The position numbers and the translations under genes are program-made. 64,000 nucleotides of DNA, taken from Candidatus Eiseniibacteriota bacterium. Lineage in GTDB: Bacteria; Eisenbacteria; RBG-16-71-46; CAVPCR01. This document shows, in pieces, positions 42,309 through 52,629 of this stretch. Below the pieces are notes generated by a model. It was not told the DNA's origin and made no database searches. It saw only the letters and a list, made by a program, of their open reading frames with translations. The first letter of the stretch is position 1; each line of letters opens with the position of its first letter. The stretch spans positions 1,888,001 to 1,952,000 of the forward strand of contig CAWGMA010000001.1 of the NCBI GenBank assembly GCA_963823555.1, read 5' to 3'.

Positions 42309-43550
42309 TCAATCCTCGTAGCGTTTCACGACCAGCGTCACATTGTGCCCGCCGAAACCCAGCGAGTTCGACATCACGACGTTCACCGGCACCCGCCGCG
42401 CCTGATTCGGCACGCAATCGAGGTCGCACTCGGGATCGGGCTCCTCGTAGTTCGTCGTCGGGGGAATGACGTTGTCGCGAATGGCCAGCACCGCGATATT
42501 GAACTCGATGCCTCCGGCCGCCCCCAGCAGGTGCCCGGTCATCGACTTGGTGGATCCGAAAGCCAGCTTGGGCGCGTGATCGCCGAAGACGGTCTTCACC
42601 GCCATCGTCTCGTACTTGTCGTTGAGGGGCGTCGAGGTGCCGTGCGCGTTGATGTAATCCACGGCGGACGGCTCGATCCCCGCGTCCTCGAGCGCCAGCT
42701 TCATCGCCCGCGCCGCGCCTTCGCCACCCGGAGCGGGCGCGGTCATGTGGTGGGCGTCGCCGGTGGCACCATAGCCCACGACTTCGGCGAGGATCGGCGC
42801 GCCGCGGGCGAGGGCGTGATCGAGGTTCTCGAGGATCGCCATCCCCGCTCCTTCACCCATCACGAAGCCGTCGCGATCCAGGTCGAACGGGCGAGAAGCG
42901 CGTTCCGGCTCGTCGTTGCGCGTCGACATGGCCTTCATCGAGCAGAAACCGGCGATGGCCAGCGGCGTGATGCTGGCCTCGGCTCCCCCCGTGACCGCGA
43001 CATCGGCATCGCCCTTGCTGATGATCCGGAAGGCCTCGCCGATGGCGTGGGCGCCGGAAGCGCAGGCCGATACCGCTGCGAAGTTGGGGCCGCGATATCC
43101 GAGACGGATCGAGATCTGACCGGCCGCCATGTCGGCGATCATCATCGGGATGAAGAAGGGGCTGACGCGGGATGGTCCTTTCTCGACCAGCGCGGAGTGC
43201 TGGATCTCGAGGGTCTCGATCCCTCCGATACCGGATCCGATGATGACGCCGGCGCGGTCCAGATCGACCCCGTTCGATCCATCGAGGCCGGCGTCGGCCA
43301 CCGCCTCGAGCGCGGCAGCGAGACCGTATTGCACGAAGGGATCGGTGCGCCGGATTTCCTTCTTGTCGAGGTAGTTCTCGGCCTTGAAGTCCCGGACTTC
43401 ACCCGCGATGCGGGTGTCGAAAGCACTCGGATCGAAGCGTGTGATCAACCTGATCCCGCTCTTGCCGCTGGTGATCGCAGCCCAGAACTCGGGAATCGAG
43501 TTCCCGACGGGGCTCACGGTACCCAGCCCTGTAACCACCACCCGATTCAT
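42309..43550 (-). CDS. fabF: Beta-ketoacyl-ACP synthase II
   Basis: [31 protein letters not shown]. Confidence 0.97.
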   Translation of the reverse strand: MNRVVVTGLGTVSPVGNSIPEFWAAITSGKSGIRLITRFDPSAFDTRIAGEVRDFKAENYLDKKEIRRTDPFVQYGLAAALEAVADAGLDGSNGVDLDRAGVIIGSGIGGIETLEIQHSALVEKGPSRVSPFFIPMMIADMAAGQISIRLGYRGPNFAAVSACASGAHAIGEAFRIISKGDADVAVTGGAEASITPLAIAGFCSMKAMSTRNDEPERASRPFDLDRDGFVMGEGAGMAILENLDHALARGAPILAEVVGYGATGDAHHMTAPAPGGEGAARAMKLALEDAGIEPSAVDYINAHGTSTPLNDKYETMAVKTVFGDHAPKLAFGSTKSMTGHLLGAAGGIEFNIAVLAIRDNVIPPTTNYEEPDPECDLDCVPNQARRVPVNVVMSNSLGFGGHNVTLVVKRYED

Positions 43551-43657
43551 CGCTCGGATCCCCTCGCGGACAGGGAAGGACGACTGCCTCGAACCCAACT
43601 CAAGGCTTGAGTCCCACCGCGTTACCCCGCCATCCGGTCGAAAGCGAACCCCGCGGC

Positions 43658-43906
43658 TCAGGCTTCCTGCTTGACATGCTTGCGCAGGTACTCGATCGCG
43701 TCGCGGACGGTCGTCATCTTCTCGGCGTCCTCGTCGGGGATCTCGATCTCGAATTCCTCCTCGAGCGCCATGACCAGCTCGACCTGATCGAGTGAATCAG
43801 CACCGAGGTCGTCGATGAACGAGGCCTCCGGCGTCACCTGATCGGCCGAGACCCCAAGCTGCTCGGTGATGATCTCCTTGACGCGCTGTTCGCTGAACGA
43901 TGCCAT
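43658..43906 (-). CDS. acpP: Acyl carrier protein
   Basis: [20 protein letters not shown]. Confidence 0.97.
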   Translation of the reverse strand: MASFSEQRVKEIITEQLGVSADQVTPEASFIDDLGADSLDQVELVMALEEEFEIEIPDEDAEKMTTVRDAIEYLRKHVKQEA

Positions 43907-44014
43907 TCCATGCCCTCCTCGTTCCGGTCCATCCTTGTTCCGAACCGCCCCGCCCGGGGCGCCCGGCATCTCGAGCGGTTCGAGACGGAGAACCATCTCG
44001 CCCGCAGTCGCCTG

Positions 44015-44770
44015 CTACATCAGCATGCCGCCATCGGCGTGAATCACCTGGCCGGTCACGTATCGCGCCTGCTCCGAGGCCAGGAAGACCACGAGCGGAG
44101 CGACATCCGCCGGCTGGCCGAAACGGCCGAGCGGAATCGCCTCGAGCATGCGCTTCTTGACCTCGTCGGAGAGGCCCTGCGTCATCGCCGTTTCGATGTA
44201 CCCCGGGGCCACGCAGTTGGCCGTGATGTTGCGGCTGGCCAGCTCCTTGGCCACCGACTTCGTGAAGCCCACGAGCCCCGCCTTGGAGGCGGCATAGTTC
44301 GCCTGCCCGGCGTTGCCCATGAGCCCGACCACCGAAGAGACGTTGATGATGCGCCCCCATCGCCTCCGCGTCATCCCCTGGGCGAACGCTCGGGTGCAGA
44401 AGAAGGCACCCTTGAGGTTAGTATCCAGAACCTGGTCCCAGTCGGCAACGCGCATGCGCAAGAGGAGTCCGTCCCGGGTCACTCCGGCATTGTTGACCAG
44501 GATGTCGATGCCCGGGCGATCTTTCTCGGCGCGGGCCGCCAGCGCCTCGACCTGGGCCTCCTGGGACACATCCGCCACCTCCACCCTGGCCTCTCGGCCT
44601 TGGGCCTTGATGGCGGCCGCGGTCTCCGCAAGCGCCGCCTCATCGCGCCCGACCACCACCACCTCGGCCCCGGCTGTCGCCAGGGCCAGGGCGATCTCCC
44701 TACCGATGGAGCGGGATCCGCCGGTGACCAGGGCGACTCGTCCTTGCAGACGGCTGCTCGTCACGTCCAT
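44015..44770 (-). CDS. fabG: 3-oxoacyl-ACP reductase
   Basis: TGGSRSIG, NNAGVTRD, YAASK, VAPGYIET. Confidence 0.96.
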   Translation of the reverse strand: MDVTSSRLQGRVALVTGGSRSIGREIALALATAGAEVVVVGRDEAALAETAAAIKAQGREARVEVADVSQEAQVEALAARAEKDRPGIDILVNNAGVTRDGLLLRMRVADWDQVLDTNLKGAFFCTRAFAQGMTRRRWGRIINVSSVVGLMGNAGQANYAASKAGLVGFTKSVAKELASRNITANCVAPGYIETAMTQGLSDEVKKRMLEAIPLGRFGQPADVAPLVVFLASEQARYVTGQVIHADGGMLM

Positions 44771-44774
44771 GGCG

Positions 44775-45722
44775 CTAGGCCCGCCCAACCCCGAGGAGAG
44801 CGGTGACCGCGGTCTCGAGCCCGGCCGGGTCTCCGACGGACTGGACGCGGATTCCGGGAGCATTCGATCTCATGAGCCCTTTCAGCACCGCGCCGGGGCC
44901 CAGCTCGACGGCATCCTCCACGCCCTCGGCAGCCAGGAAGCGCATCGACTCCTCCCAGCGCACCGGCTGCGTGAGCTGTTGCTTGAGCGTGGCCCGGATG
45001 TCATCGGAAACACGGACCGGTGCCGCCGTGGCGTTGGCCACGACGGGGAATCGCGCATTCTCGATCGCGGTCGCATCGAGCACGGCCTCCAGCCCTTCCT
45101 GGGCGCTGGCCATGAGCGGGGAGTGAAAGGCGCCGCTCACCTCGAGGCGAACCGCGCGCTTGGCTCCCGCCGTGCGCGCCAGCTCGCTCGCCCTCTCCAC
45201 CGCCGCGATCTCGCCCGAGATCACAACCTGATTGGGCGCATTCAGATTCGCCGCCACGACGACCCCGGCACCCTGCGCCTCAAGGATCACCGGATCCAGC
45301 TCGGACGCGGTCAGACCAAGAACCGCAGCCATCGTTCCGGGGCGGCGAAGCCCGGCTTCGTACATGAGCTCGCCACGGCGGCGCACGATGCCGACCGCTG
45401 CGGAAAAACGGAGCGCTTCGGCAGCGACGTGAGCCGAGTACTCCCCGAGACTGTGGCCAGCCGCCGCATGCGCGTCGACCCCGGCCTGCCGCAGGAGCCG
45501 GAGGCAGGCCACGCTCAGGACCAGGATCGCGGGCTGGGCATTCTGCGTCTTGCGCAGTTCGGTTTCCGGACCCTCGAACGAGAGCCGCGCAAAGTCGATG
45601 CCGCTCGCATCCGCCGCTTCCTCGTACGTCTCGCGCACCAGCGGGAAGGCAGCATGCAGCTCGCGCCCCATTCCCACTTGCTGGGCACCCTGACCCGGGA
45701 ACAGGAAGACGAGCTTACCCAT
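44775..45722 (-). CDS. fabD: Malonyl-CoA:ACP transacylase
   Basis: FPGQGAQ, GHSLGEY, VSGAFHS, PVRW. Confidence 0.96.
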   Translation of the reverse strand: MGKLVFLFPGQGAQQVGMGRELHAAFPLVRETYEEAADASGIDFARLSFEGPETELRKTQNAQPAILVLSVACLRLLRQAGVDAHAAAGHSLGEYSAHVAAEALRFSAAVGIVRRRGELMYEAGLRRPGTMAAVLGLTASELDPVILEAQGAGVVVAANLNAPNQVVISGEIAAVERASELARTAGAKRAVRLEVSGAFHSPLMASAQEGLEAVLDATAIENARFPVVANATAAPVRVSDDIRATLKQQLTQPVRWEESMRFLAAEGVEDAVELGPGAVLKGLMRSNAPGIRVQSVGDPAGLETAVTALLGVGRA

Positions 45723-45820
45723 AGGCTTCCTCGATCCGGCGCGCTCGTATCCCGCGCCTCGTCATCGTGGACCAGGCGTCAACGCTTCGCCCTGAAGGTG
45801 GCAGAATCCGGGAATCCAGA

Positions 45821-46003
45821 TTACGACTCGGCGGGCTGGACGACTTCACGACCGTCATAGTAGCCGCAGTGAGCGCACACGCGATGCGGCCGCTTCGGCT
45901 GGTGGCAGTTGGAACACTGGTGAACCGCCGGGTGGTGGAGTTTCCAGTGCGTGCGCCGTTTCGCACCGCGGGTCCGCGAATGCCGTCGCTTCGGCAGGGC
46001 CAT
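45821..46003 (-). CDS. rpmF: 50S ribosomal protein L32
   Basis: MALPKRRHS, CSNC...HRVCAHCGYY. Confidence 0.96.
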   Translation of the reverse strand: MALPKRRHSRTRGAKRRTHWKLHHPAVHQCSNCHQPKRPHRVCAHCGYYDGREVVQPAES

Positions 46004-46132
46004 GGGATCGACCTCCAGTTGATGATCGCAAGCGATACTCGAGATAAACCAGCTAACTGATCACTAGCAAGAACTTCGAGAGCCCACTCGGCCGTACCGA
46101 CATTCCTTGGGCGCCTACGTTGCCAGCCTCCG

Positions 46133-46642
46133 TCACTCGGACTCGCGCCCCGGCCGGAGGGCCTCCCAGCGCGGGTCGACGTGGTCGGATCGGCAGGCGC
46201 AAGACTCCGTGTTGCGATTCACCCCGCAGCTGGGACAGAGCCCCAGGCAAGCCGGGGAACACAGGTGCTGGATCGGAATGTCGATGAGGATCGCCTCCCG
46301 CACCTCGTCGGTCAGGTCCATGCGGTGGCCGTCGTGAAAGACGACACCATCCTGGCCGGCGAGTTCGTGCTCCGGGCCTCCTCTCCGGCCAATGGCGCGG
46401 AGCGCTCCTGAATACGATTCACGAAATGGCCTGAGGCAGCGGTCACACTCCCCGCACCGCTCGCCTTCGAACTTGAGCTCGATGTCGAGATCGTTTCCGG
46501 CGCGAGCGATGACGATCGACAGCCGAATCTCCGGTTCAAAGGTGATACCGGTCCATGCGATGCCGAGATCGTCCGGGCTCACCACCTCGGACAGCCGGCT
46601 CGTGCCGTCGCCAAGCCGGCGCAGATCTAGGATGAAGCCCAT
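46133..46642 (-). CDS. yceD: YceD/DUF177 family protein
   Basis: CDRCL, CLGLCPSCG, DPRWEAL; upstream of rpmF. Confidence 0.9.
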   Translation of the reverse strand: MGFILDLRRLGDGTSRLSEVVSPDDLGIAWTGITFEPEIRLSIVIARAGNDLDIELKFEGERCGECDRCLRPFRESYSGALRAIGRRGGPEHELAGQDGVVFHDGHRMDLTDEVREAILIDIPIQHLCSPACLGLCPSCGVNRNTESCACRSDHVDPRWEALRPGRESE

Positions 46643-46725
46643 GGCGACCCCTCGCGGCGTGCCTCTCGCAATCTAATTGGCGCACCGACCGATGGTTGCC
46701 GGCACAAGGGAGCTAGAACCGCCGG

Positions 46726-46754
46726 ATTCTATCCGGCGGCGTGAGGGGTGTCAA
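46726..46754 (-). promoter_or_regulatory. Sigma-70 promoter of yceD-rpmF-fab operon
   Basis: TTGACA-N17-TAGAAT. Confidence 0.75.
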
Positions 46755-46853
46755 CGCGGCCGCAACGGCCCGGCGGCAACCGGCCCGGAGAACCCGTTTC
46801 CCGGGGGCACCGGGCCGGGGGCCGTGGGGCCCCCTCGCTGGCGCTTCCGGCTC

Positions 46854-47279
46854 TCAGGCCGGAGAGCGCCAGCCGAGTTTGGCCGCAAAGAAGCCGATCT
46901 CGGCACGGGCCGTGTCCGGACCATCGGAGCCGTGGACCGCATTGAACTGCTTGTCGGTCCCGAACTCCCGCCGGATGGTCCCCGGGGCCGCCTCCCGTGA
47001 GTCCGTTGCCCCCATGAGGCTGCGGAGCCGCTCGATCGCGTCCTCCCCCCCGGCCAGGAGGCAGGGGACACAGGGCCCGGAGGACATGAACTGGCAAAGG
47101 TCGGCGTAGAAGGGCCGCTCCCGGTGAACGGCATAGAAGCGCTCGACCTCCTCCTTGGTGAGCCGGACCATGGCCATCTCCTGAATCGTGAATCCGGCCT
47201 CCTCCACCTGGGCCAGGATCTTCCCGGTGAGCCGGCGCCCGACCGCATCGGGCTTGACGATGAACATGGTATGGGCCAA
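46854..47279 (-). CDS. ndk: Nucleoside diphosphate kinase
   Basis: IVKPDAV, GTIR, NAVHGSD; TTG start after AGGAGG. Confidence 0.95.
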   Translation of the reverse strand: MAHTMFIVKPDAVGRRLTGKILAQVEEAGFTIQEMAMVRLTKEEVERFYAVHRERPFYADLCQFMSSGPCVPCLLAGGEDAIERLRSLMGATDSREAAPGTIRREFGTDKQFNAVHGSDGPDTARAEIGFFAAKLGWRSPA

Positions 47280-47316
47280 GGGACTCCCCCTCCTCAGGTC
47301 CTTCTGGGCGCGGCGG

Positions 47317-48204
47317 CTAATGCACGCGCGCCGGGAGCCGCTCCTTGAGGAGCGATGGAATCTCGGACGGTACGCGAGCCACCGCCACCCCGGCGGCGGC
47401 AAAGGCGCGCATCTTCTCCTCGGCCGTACCGGTCGCTCCCGACACGATGGCGCCGGCATGACCCATCCGCCGCCCCGGAGGCGCCGTCTGGCCGGCGATG
47501 AAGGCGACCACCGGCTTCTTGAACTTCTCCTGGATGAAGGCGGCGGCTTCCTGCTCGTCCGTGCCGCCGATCTCTCCGATCACGACGACGGCATCGGTGG
47601 CGGCGTCCTGGGCGAAGAGAGCGAGCACATCGACGAAGTTCGTCCCGATGATCGGATCTCCGCCGATCCCGATGCAGGTCGACTGCCCCAACCCCGCGGT
47701 CGTGAGGGCCTTCACCACCTCGTAGGTCAGCGTGCCCGAACGTGACACGAGACCGACACGACCCGGAAGATGGATGAATCCGGGCATGATGCCGAGCTTC
47801 GCCTGCCCCGGCGAGATGACCCCGGGGCAGTTCGGCCCGACGAGGCGGGTCTGACCCCGTCGCTCGAGCTCGGACCACACCGCGAGCATGTCGTTGACCG
47901 GAATCCCTTCGCTGATGCAGACGACGAGCGGCAATTCGGCGGCGGCCCCCTCGAGGATCGCGTCGGCCGCGTACGCGGCCGGAACGTAGATCACGCTGGC
48001 ATTGGCTCCGGTCGCCGCCACCGCCTCCCGGACCGTGTCGAAGATCGGGACCTTGTCATCGAAGCGCGTGCCGCCCTTCCCGGGCGTGACGCCGGCAACC
48101 ACATTGGTTCCATACTCGATCATGCCGCGGGCGTGAAACGAGCCGTCACGCCCGGTGATGCCCTGGACGATGACTCTGGTCTTGTCGTCGATCAGGATGC
48201 TCAT
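47317..48204 (-). CDS. sucD: Succinyl-CoA synthetase alpha subunit
   Basis: [33 protein letters not shown]. Confidence 0.97.
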   Translation of the reverse strand: MSILIDDKTRVIVQGITGRDGSFHARGMIEYGTNVVAGVTPGKGGTRFDDKVPIFDTVREAVAATGANASVIYVPAAYAADAILEGAAAELPLVVCISEGIPVNDMLAVWSELERRGQTRLVGPNCPGVISPGQAKLGIMPGFIHLPGRVGLVSRSGTLTYEVVKALTTAGLGQSTCIGIGGDPIIGTNFVDVLALFAQDAATDAVVVIGEIGGTDEQEAAAFIQEKFKKPVVAFIAGQTAPPGRRMGHAGAIVSGATGTAEEKMRAFAAAGVAVARVPSEIPSLLKERLPARVH

Positions 48205-48238
48205 GGCCTCGTCCTCCGTGGTGTCCCGCGCGGCAACG

Positions 48239-49394
48239 CTACTGCGCCGCCACGGCCGGGCGCACGGTGCCGCCGGCAGCGACGATCGCCTGCTGTACGC
48301 CCTCGTCCATCTGCGTGGTGGCGCTGAGCCCGATCGAGGTCAGGATCTCGCGCGCCTTCTCCTCGTTGGTGCCGGTGAGACGGATCACGATCGGCACGGC
48401 TGGCTTCTTCTTGGCGAGGGCCTGGGCGATGCCCTGGGCCACGTCGTCGGTGCGGGTGATGCCGCCGAAGATGTTGAAGAAGATCGCCTTCACCTTGGGA
48501 TCCGTGGCCAGGATGTCCATGGCGGTGAGCACCTTGTCCGGACTCGAGCTGCCGCCGATGTCGAGGAAGTTGGCGGGCTCGCCACCGAAGGCCTTGATCA
48601 CGTCCATGGTGGCCATGGCCAGCCCGGCGCCGTTCACCACGCAGCCGATCTCACCGTCGAGCTTGATGTACGATAGCCCCATCTCGCGCGCCTTCGCCTC
48701 GTTCGGATCCTCGTCCTCCCGCATGGCCTCGAGCTGCGGGTGCCGGTAGAGTGCGTTGTCGTCGAGGTTCACCTTGGCATCGAGCGCGATCACCTTGCCG
48801 TCCTTGGTGACGACCAGTGGATTGATCTCGACGAGCGAGGCATCGTTCCCGGCATAGACCTGGTAGAGCTTGGTCAGGATGGCCGCCATCTGCAGCGCGA
48901 GGTTGCCGCGCTGCTCGATGGCGAAGCAGATCCGCCGAGCCTCGTAGGCACGTAGGCCGGTGAGCGGATCGACGTGGCTGCTTGACGATCTTCTCGGGTG
49001 TGGCCTTGGCCACTTCCTCGATGTCGATGCCGCCCGCCGCCGAAGCCATGATCACGGGCTTCTTGGCGGCCCGATCCAGCACGATCCCGAGGTAGTACTC
49101 GTGGGCGATGTCGAGCTGCTCGGCAATGAGCACGCTCCTCACCGGGAGCCCCTTGATCGACATCTCGAGAATGTCCTGCGCCTTCGCCTCCGCCTCCTCC
49201 GGGCTCGCGGCCAGCTTGATCCCACCGGCCTTGCCGCGGCCTCCGGCATGCACCTGCGCCTTGACCACGACCTTGCCTCCGAGCTCGCGGGCGATGGCCC
49301 GGGCCTCGGCGGCGGTACGCGCCACCTTGCCGCGGGGCACCGGGATGCCCGCGGCATGGAACAGATCCTTGGCCTGGAATTCGTGGATGTTCAC
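48239..49394 (-). pseudogene. sucC: Succinyl-CoA synthetase beta subunit with one +1 frameshift near 48976 (probably an assembly error)
   Basis: [23 protein letters not shown]; after the shift [39 protein letters not shown]. Confidence 0.9.
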
Positions 49395-49424
49395 CTGACT
49401 CTCCCTGGATGCCGGCCGCCGCCC

Positions 49425-50777
49425 TCAGCGCGCGGCCGTTTCCTTCGCCCGCTTGCCGCGGGCGAGCAACTCGGCGATCGGTGCCGTGAGATCGGGCTTG
49501 CCGATCGGCTGCAGATCGTAGGTCACGCGGACGGCTGGGCGATGGAATGTGATGAGACGCCGGAGATCGATCGGGGTGGCGATGACGACGGCGTCCGCGG
49601 GTACAGCCTCAACCGTGCGTTCGAGATCGGCGATCTGCTCGGCGCCGTAGCCGAGCGCCGGCAGGAGGGGACCGATCCCAGGATACTGGTCGAACGCGGC
49701 CTTGATGCGGCCGACCACCCATGGCCGCGGATCGATGATCTCGGCGGCGCCGAACTTGCGCGCGGCGACCACCCCGGCGCCGTACGTCATGCCCCCGTGG
49801 GTCAGCGTCGGTCCATCCTCGATCACGAGCACCCGCTTGCCGGCAATGCTCGCCGGATCGTCGACCGCGATCGGCGATGCCGCTTCGACCACCAGCGCCT
49901 GCGGGTTCACGCAGCGGATGTTCTCCCGCACCTGCGTCGACCCCGCCGGGCGGGGCGCTTTCGACCTTGTTGATGACGATGACGTCCGCCAGCCGGAAGT
50001 TGGTCTCCCCCGGATGGTAGGAGAGCTCGTGGCCCGGCCGGTGCGGATCGACGACCGTGATGGTGAGATCGGCCTCGTAGAACGAGAAGTCGTTGTTGCC
50101 GCCGTCCCAGAGGATGACGTCGGCTTCCTTCTCAGCCTCGCTCGAGGATGGCTCCGTAGTCGACACCCGCGTAGACCGTGGTCCCGTTCTTGATGTGGGG
50201 CTCGTACTCCTCCCGCTCCTCGATGGTGCAGTGATGGCGATCGAGATCCTCGAAGGATGGCGAAGCGCTGCACGCGCTGGTCGGCCAGCTGGCCGTAGGG
50301 CATGGGATGGCGAATGGCCACCACCCGCTTTCCAGCGGAGCGGAGCAAGTCGGCCACATAGCGCGTGGTCTGGCTCTTGCCGCTGCCGGTGCGAGCGGCC
50401 ACCACGGCCACCACGGGCACCTGCGACCGGATCATGGTCGCCCGCGGACCAAGGAGACGAAAGTCGCAACCGAGGGCACCGGCCCGCGATGCGGCGTGCA
50501 TCACGTACTCGTGCGAGACGTCCGAGTAGGCGAAGACGATCTCGTCGACCTGGTGCTCGGCGACGATCGCAGCGAGCTCGGACTCGGGGCGGATGGGAAT
50601 GCCCTTGGGGTAGTGCGGACCGGCGAGCTCGGCGGGATAGGTCCGGAGATCGATGCCGGGGATCTGCGTGGCCGTGAAAGCCACGATCCGATAAGACGGA
50701 TCATCACGAAAGGCTACGTTGAAGTTGTGGAAGTCGCGGCCTCCAGCTCCCATGATGACGGTTTTCTTCGGCTGCAT
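49425..50777 (-). pseudogene. arcE: COG2403 P-loop protein (arginine synthetase ArcE / cDPGS-like) with three compensating +1 frameshifts
   Basis: GAGGRDFHNFN, FTATQIP, RTGSGKSQT, RHPMPYG; shifted frames supply CTIEEREEYEPH, YAGVDY and ILWDGGNNDF..DPHRPGHE; then EDGPTLTHGGM. Confidence 0.75.
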
Positions 50778-50837
50778 CGTCCCCCCTGCTTCCAGTGCCG
50801 CGCCCGCTGGGCGTCGCCTCGACCTCTGCGCCCGGGG

Positions 50838-50873
50838 AAAAAGAAAGAGCTAGCCACGTCAAGCGTGTCTAGC
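50838..50873 (-). terminator. Intrinsic terminator inside the arcE-like leader
   Basis: GCTAG-A-CACG-CTTGA-CGTG-G-CTAGC followed by TCTTTCTTTTT. Confidence 0.65.
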
Positions 50874-50916
50874 CCCTGGACGCGCTGGCTCTCTGCCTGC
50901 CCGCACCTGCCCTCAA
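50869..50916 (-). CDS. Putative 15-aa Arg-rich leader peptide (MRAGAGRQRASASRG)
   Basis: TTG start 10 nt after GGGGAGG; four AGG/AGA Arg codons; TAG stop lies in the terminator 5' arm. Confidence 0.35.
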   Translation of the reverse strand: MRAGAGRQRASASRG

Positions 50917-50950
50917 CCTCGACCAGCCTCCCCGGGCGCGGGGCCGGAAA

Positions 50951-50979
50951 ACGCTAGCACCGGGTTGCCCGAGGGTCAA
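50951..50979 (-). promoter_or_regulatory. Sigma-70 promoter of arcE-sucCD-ndk
   Basis: TTGACC-N17-TAGCGT with extended -10 TG. Confidence 0.6.
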
Positions 50980-50998
50980 GACCCGCTCCCCGTCTCGG

Positions 50999-51475
50999 CT
51001 AGGCTCCGGATCGCCGCAATCTCGCCAGCAAGTCGGAGGTCGAGTAACCGCTGCGAAACGGAATCCGCACCACACGTCCACCCGCCCTCTCGACGGTCTC
51101 GCGGCCGACGATGGCATCGAGCTCATAGTCGGCGCCCTTGGCCAGAACATCGGGAACCAGGATCGCGATGAGCTCCGCTGGGGTGTCCTCGGGGAAGATC
51201 ACCACGCGGTCCACCGCGGCGAGAGCGGCCAGCACGTGCGCGCGGTCGGCGGCGGGCACGAGCGGGCGCGGCGGACCCTTGAGCCGCCGCACGGATTCAT
51301 CATCGTTGACGCCGATGAGGAGAGCGTCTCCACAGGCCCGGGCCTCCGCCAGGTATTCCACATGACCACGGTGGAGGAGGTCGAAACAGCCATTGGTGAA
51401 GACCAGACACTTGCCGGCGCGGCGCAGCTCTTCACGCCAAGTCACCGCTTCCTGCCGAGAAAGGACCTGCCCCAT
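50999..51475 (-). CDS. rfaE2: D-glycero-beta-D-manno-heptose 1-phosphate adenylyltransferase
   Basis: FTNGCFDLLHRGH, SVRRLKG, PDVLAKGADY. Confidence 0.94.
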   Translation of the reverse strand: MGQVLSRQEAVTWREELRRAGKCLVFTNGCFDLLHRGHVEYLAEARACGDALLIGVNDDESVRRLKGPPRPLVPAADRAHVLAALAAVDRVVIFPEDTPAELIAILVPDVLAKGADYELDAIVGRETVERAGGRVVRIPFRSGYSTSDLLARLRRSGA

Positions 51476-51499
51476 ATCGCGGCTAACCCACTGCTGGAG

Positions 51500-52507
51500 T
51501 CACGAACCGTTCGTGGCGAAAGAGTCGCGGATGGCCGCGACGCTGGTCGTGGCGGTCCCGATCTCGCGGATGACGAGGCCCGCCGCATGATTGGCGATGA
51601 GGGCGGCCGTCTTCAGCTCGGCGCCGGCAGCCAGCGCCAGTGCGAAGGTGGCAACCACGGTGTCCCCGGCACCGGTCACATCGTAGACTTCCTGGGCCAT
51701 CGTCGGGAAGTGGGTATGTTCTGCCGGCGCCTCGAAGAGTGACATCCCCTGTTCACTCCGCGTGATGAGCACGGCGCGGCAGTCGAGCCGCGCCAGGAGC
51801 CCGAAACCGACTTCCTCGAGCGTCGCCTCGTCGACGATCCGGCGACCGAGAGCATTGCCAGCCTCGGAGAGGTTGGGCGTGATCACGCTCACGCCGCGAT
51901 AGGCATCGAAGTGCGATTCCTTGGGGTCGACACAGACCGGAACGCCGGCGGCTGCCGCTCGCGACAACACGGCCACCAGGAAATCCCGCTCGATGACGCC
52001 CTTGCCATAGTCCGATATGACGAGGGCGCCGGCTCCCGGCAGGGCGGCGGCAACCTGGCGCTCGAGCTCTGCCGCCGTGTCCGCGGCGACTGGGGTCGTA
52101 TCCTCCTCGTCGGCGCGAACCACCTGCTGGTGATGGGCGATGATGCGGGTCTTCTGCGTGGTGCGCCGGGAGCGATCGACGACCAGATGATCTTCTGGTA
52201 TCTGGCGCTCGGCCAGCGCGCTGCGCAGCTGGGTCGCGGTCGCATCATCACCGGCTGCGCCGATCAGGACCGCCGCGCCACCGAGGGCGCGGACATTGCC
52301 GGCGACGTTGGCGGCACCGCCAAGACGGACCGTCTCGCTGTGGACGTCAACGATCGGGACCGGCGCTTCGGGCGAGATGCGGCGCACCGTTCCCCACAGG
52401 TAACGATCGAGCATGATGTCGCCGACCACGACGACACGCTGCTGACCAAAGCGCTGCAGCGCAGCCTCGATCTGCGCGCGAGGGATTTCGACCTGGCGGG
52501 CACTCAT
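51500..52507 (-). CDS. rfaE1: D-glycero-beta-D-manno-heptose 7-phosphate kinase
   Basis: RISPEAPVP, GGAANVA, SDYGKG, DVTGAGDT. Confidence 0.94.
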   Translation of the reverse strand: MSARQVEIPRAQIEAALQRFGQQRVVVVGDIMLDRYLWGTVRRISPEAPVPIVDVHSETVRLGGAANVAGNVRALGGAAVLIGAAGDDATATQLRSALAERQIPEDHLVVDRSRRTTQKTRIIAHHQQVVRADEEDTTPVAADTAAELERQVAAALPGAGALVISDYGKGVIERDFLVAVLSRAAAAGVPVCVDPKESHFDAYRGVSVITPNLSEAGNALGRRIVDEATLEEVGFGLLARLDCRAVLITRSEQGMSLFEAPAEHTHFPTMAQEVYDVTGAGDTVVATFALALAAGAELKTAALIANHAAGLVIREIGTATTSVAAIRDSFATNGS

Positions 52508-52516
52508 CGCGGGTGG

Positions 52517-52545
52517 ACGCTACACCGCCCTCGCTTCCGATTCAA
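52517..52545 (-). promoter_or_regulatory. Sigma-70 promoter giving a near-leaderless rfaE1 mRNA
   Basis: TTGAAT-N17-TAGCGT, ending 9 nt before the ATG; no clear Shine-Dalgarno. Confidence 0.45.
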
Positions 52546-52629
52546 GATCGCCCCGCCACGGCTCGCGGGGCAGGCGCCTGGATGTCCAGAGCGACCTTCC
52601 CACCCTGATCGCCCGGCTCGGCTTGCCCC

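Noticed and set aside
48960..50265. Programmed ribosomal frameshifting in sucC or the arcE-like gene
   Set aside because: No slippery heptamers or stimulators; clustered same-sign indels fit sequencing error
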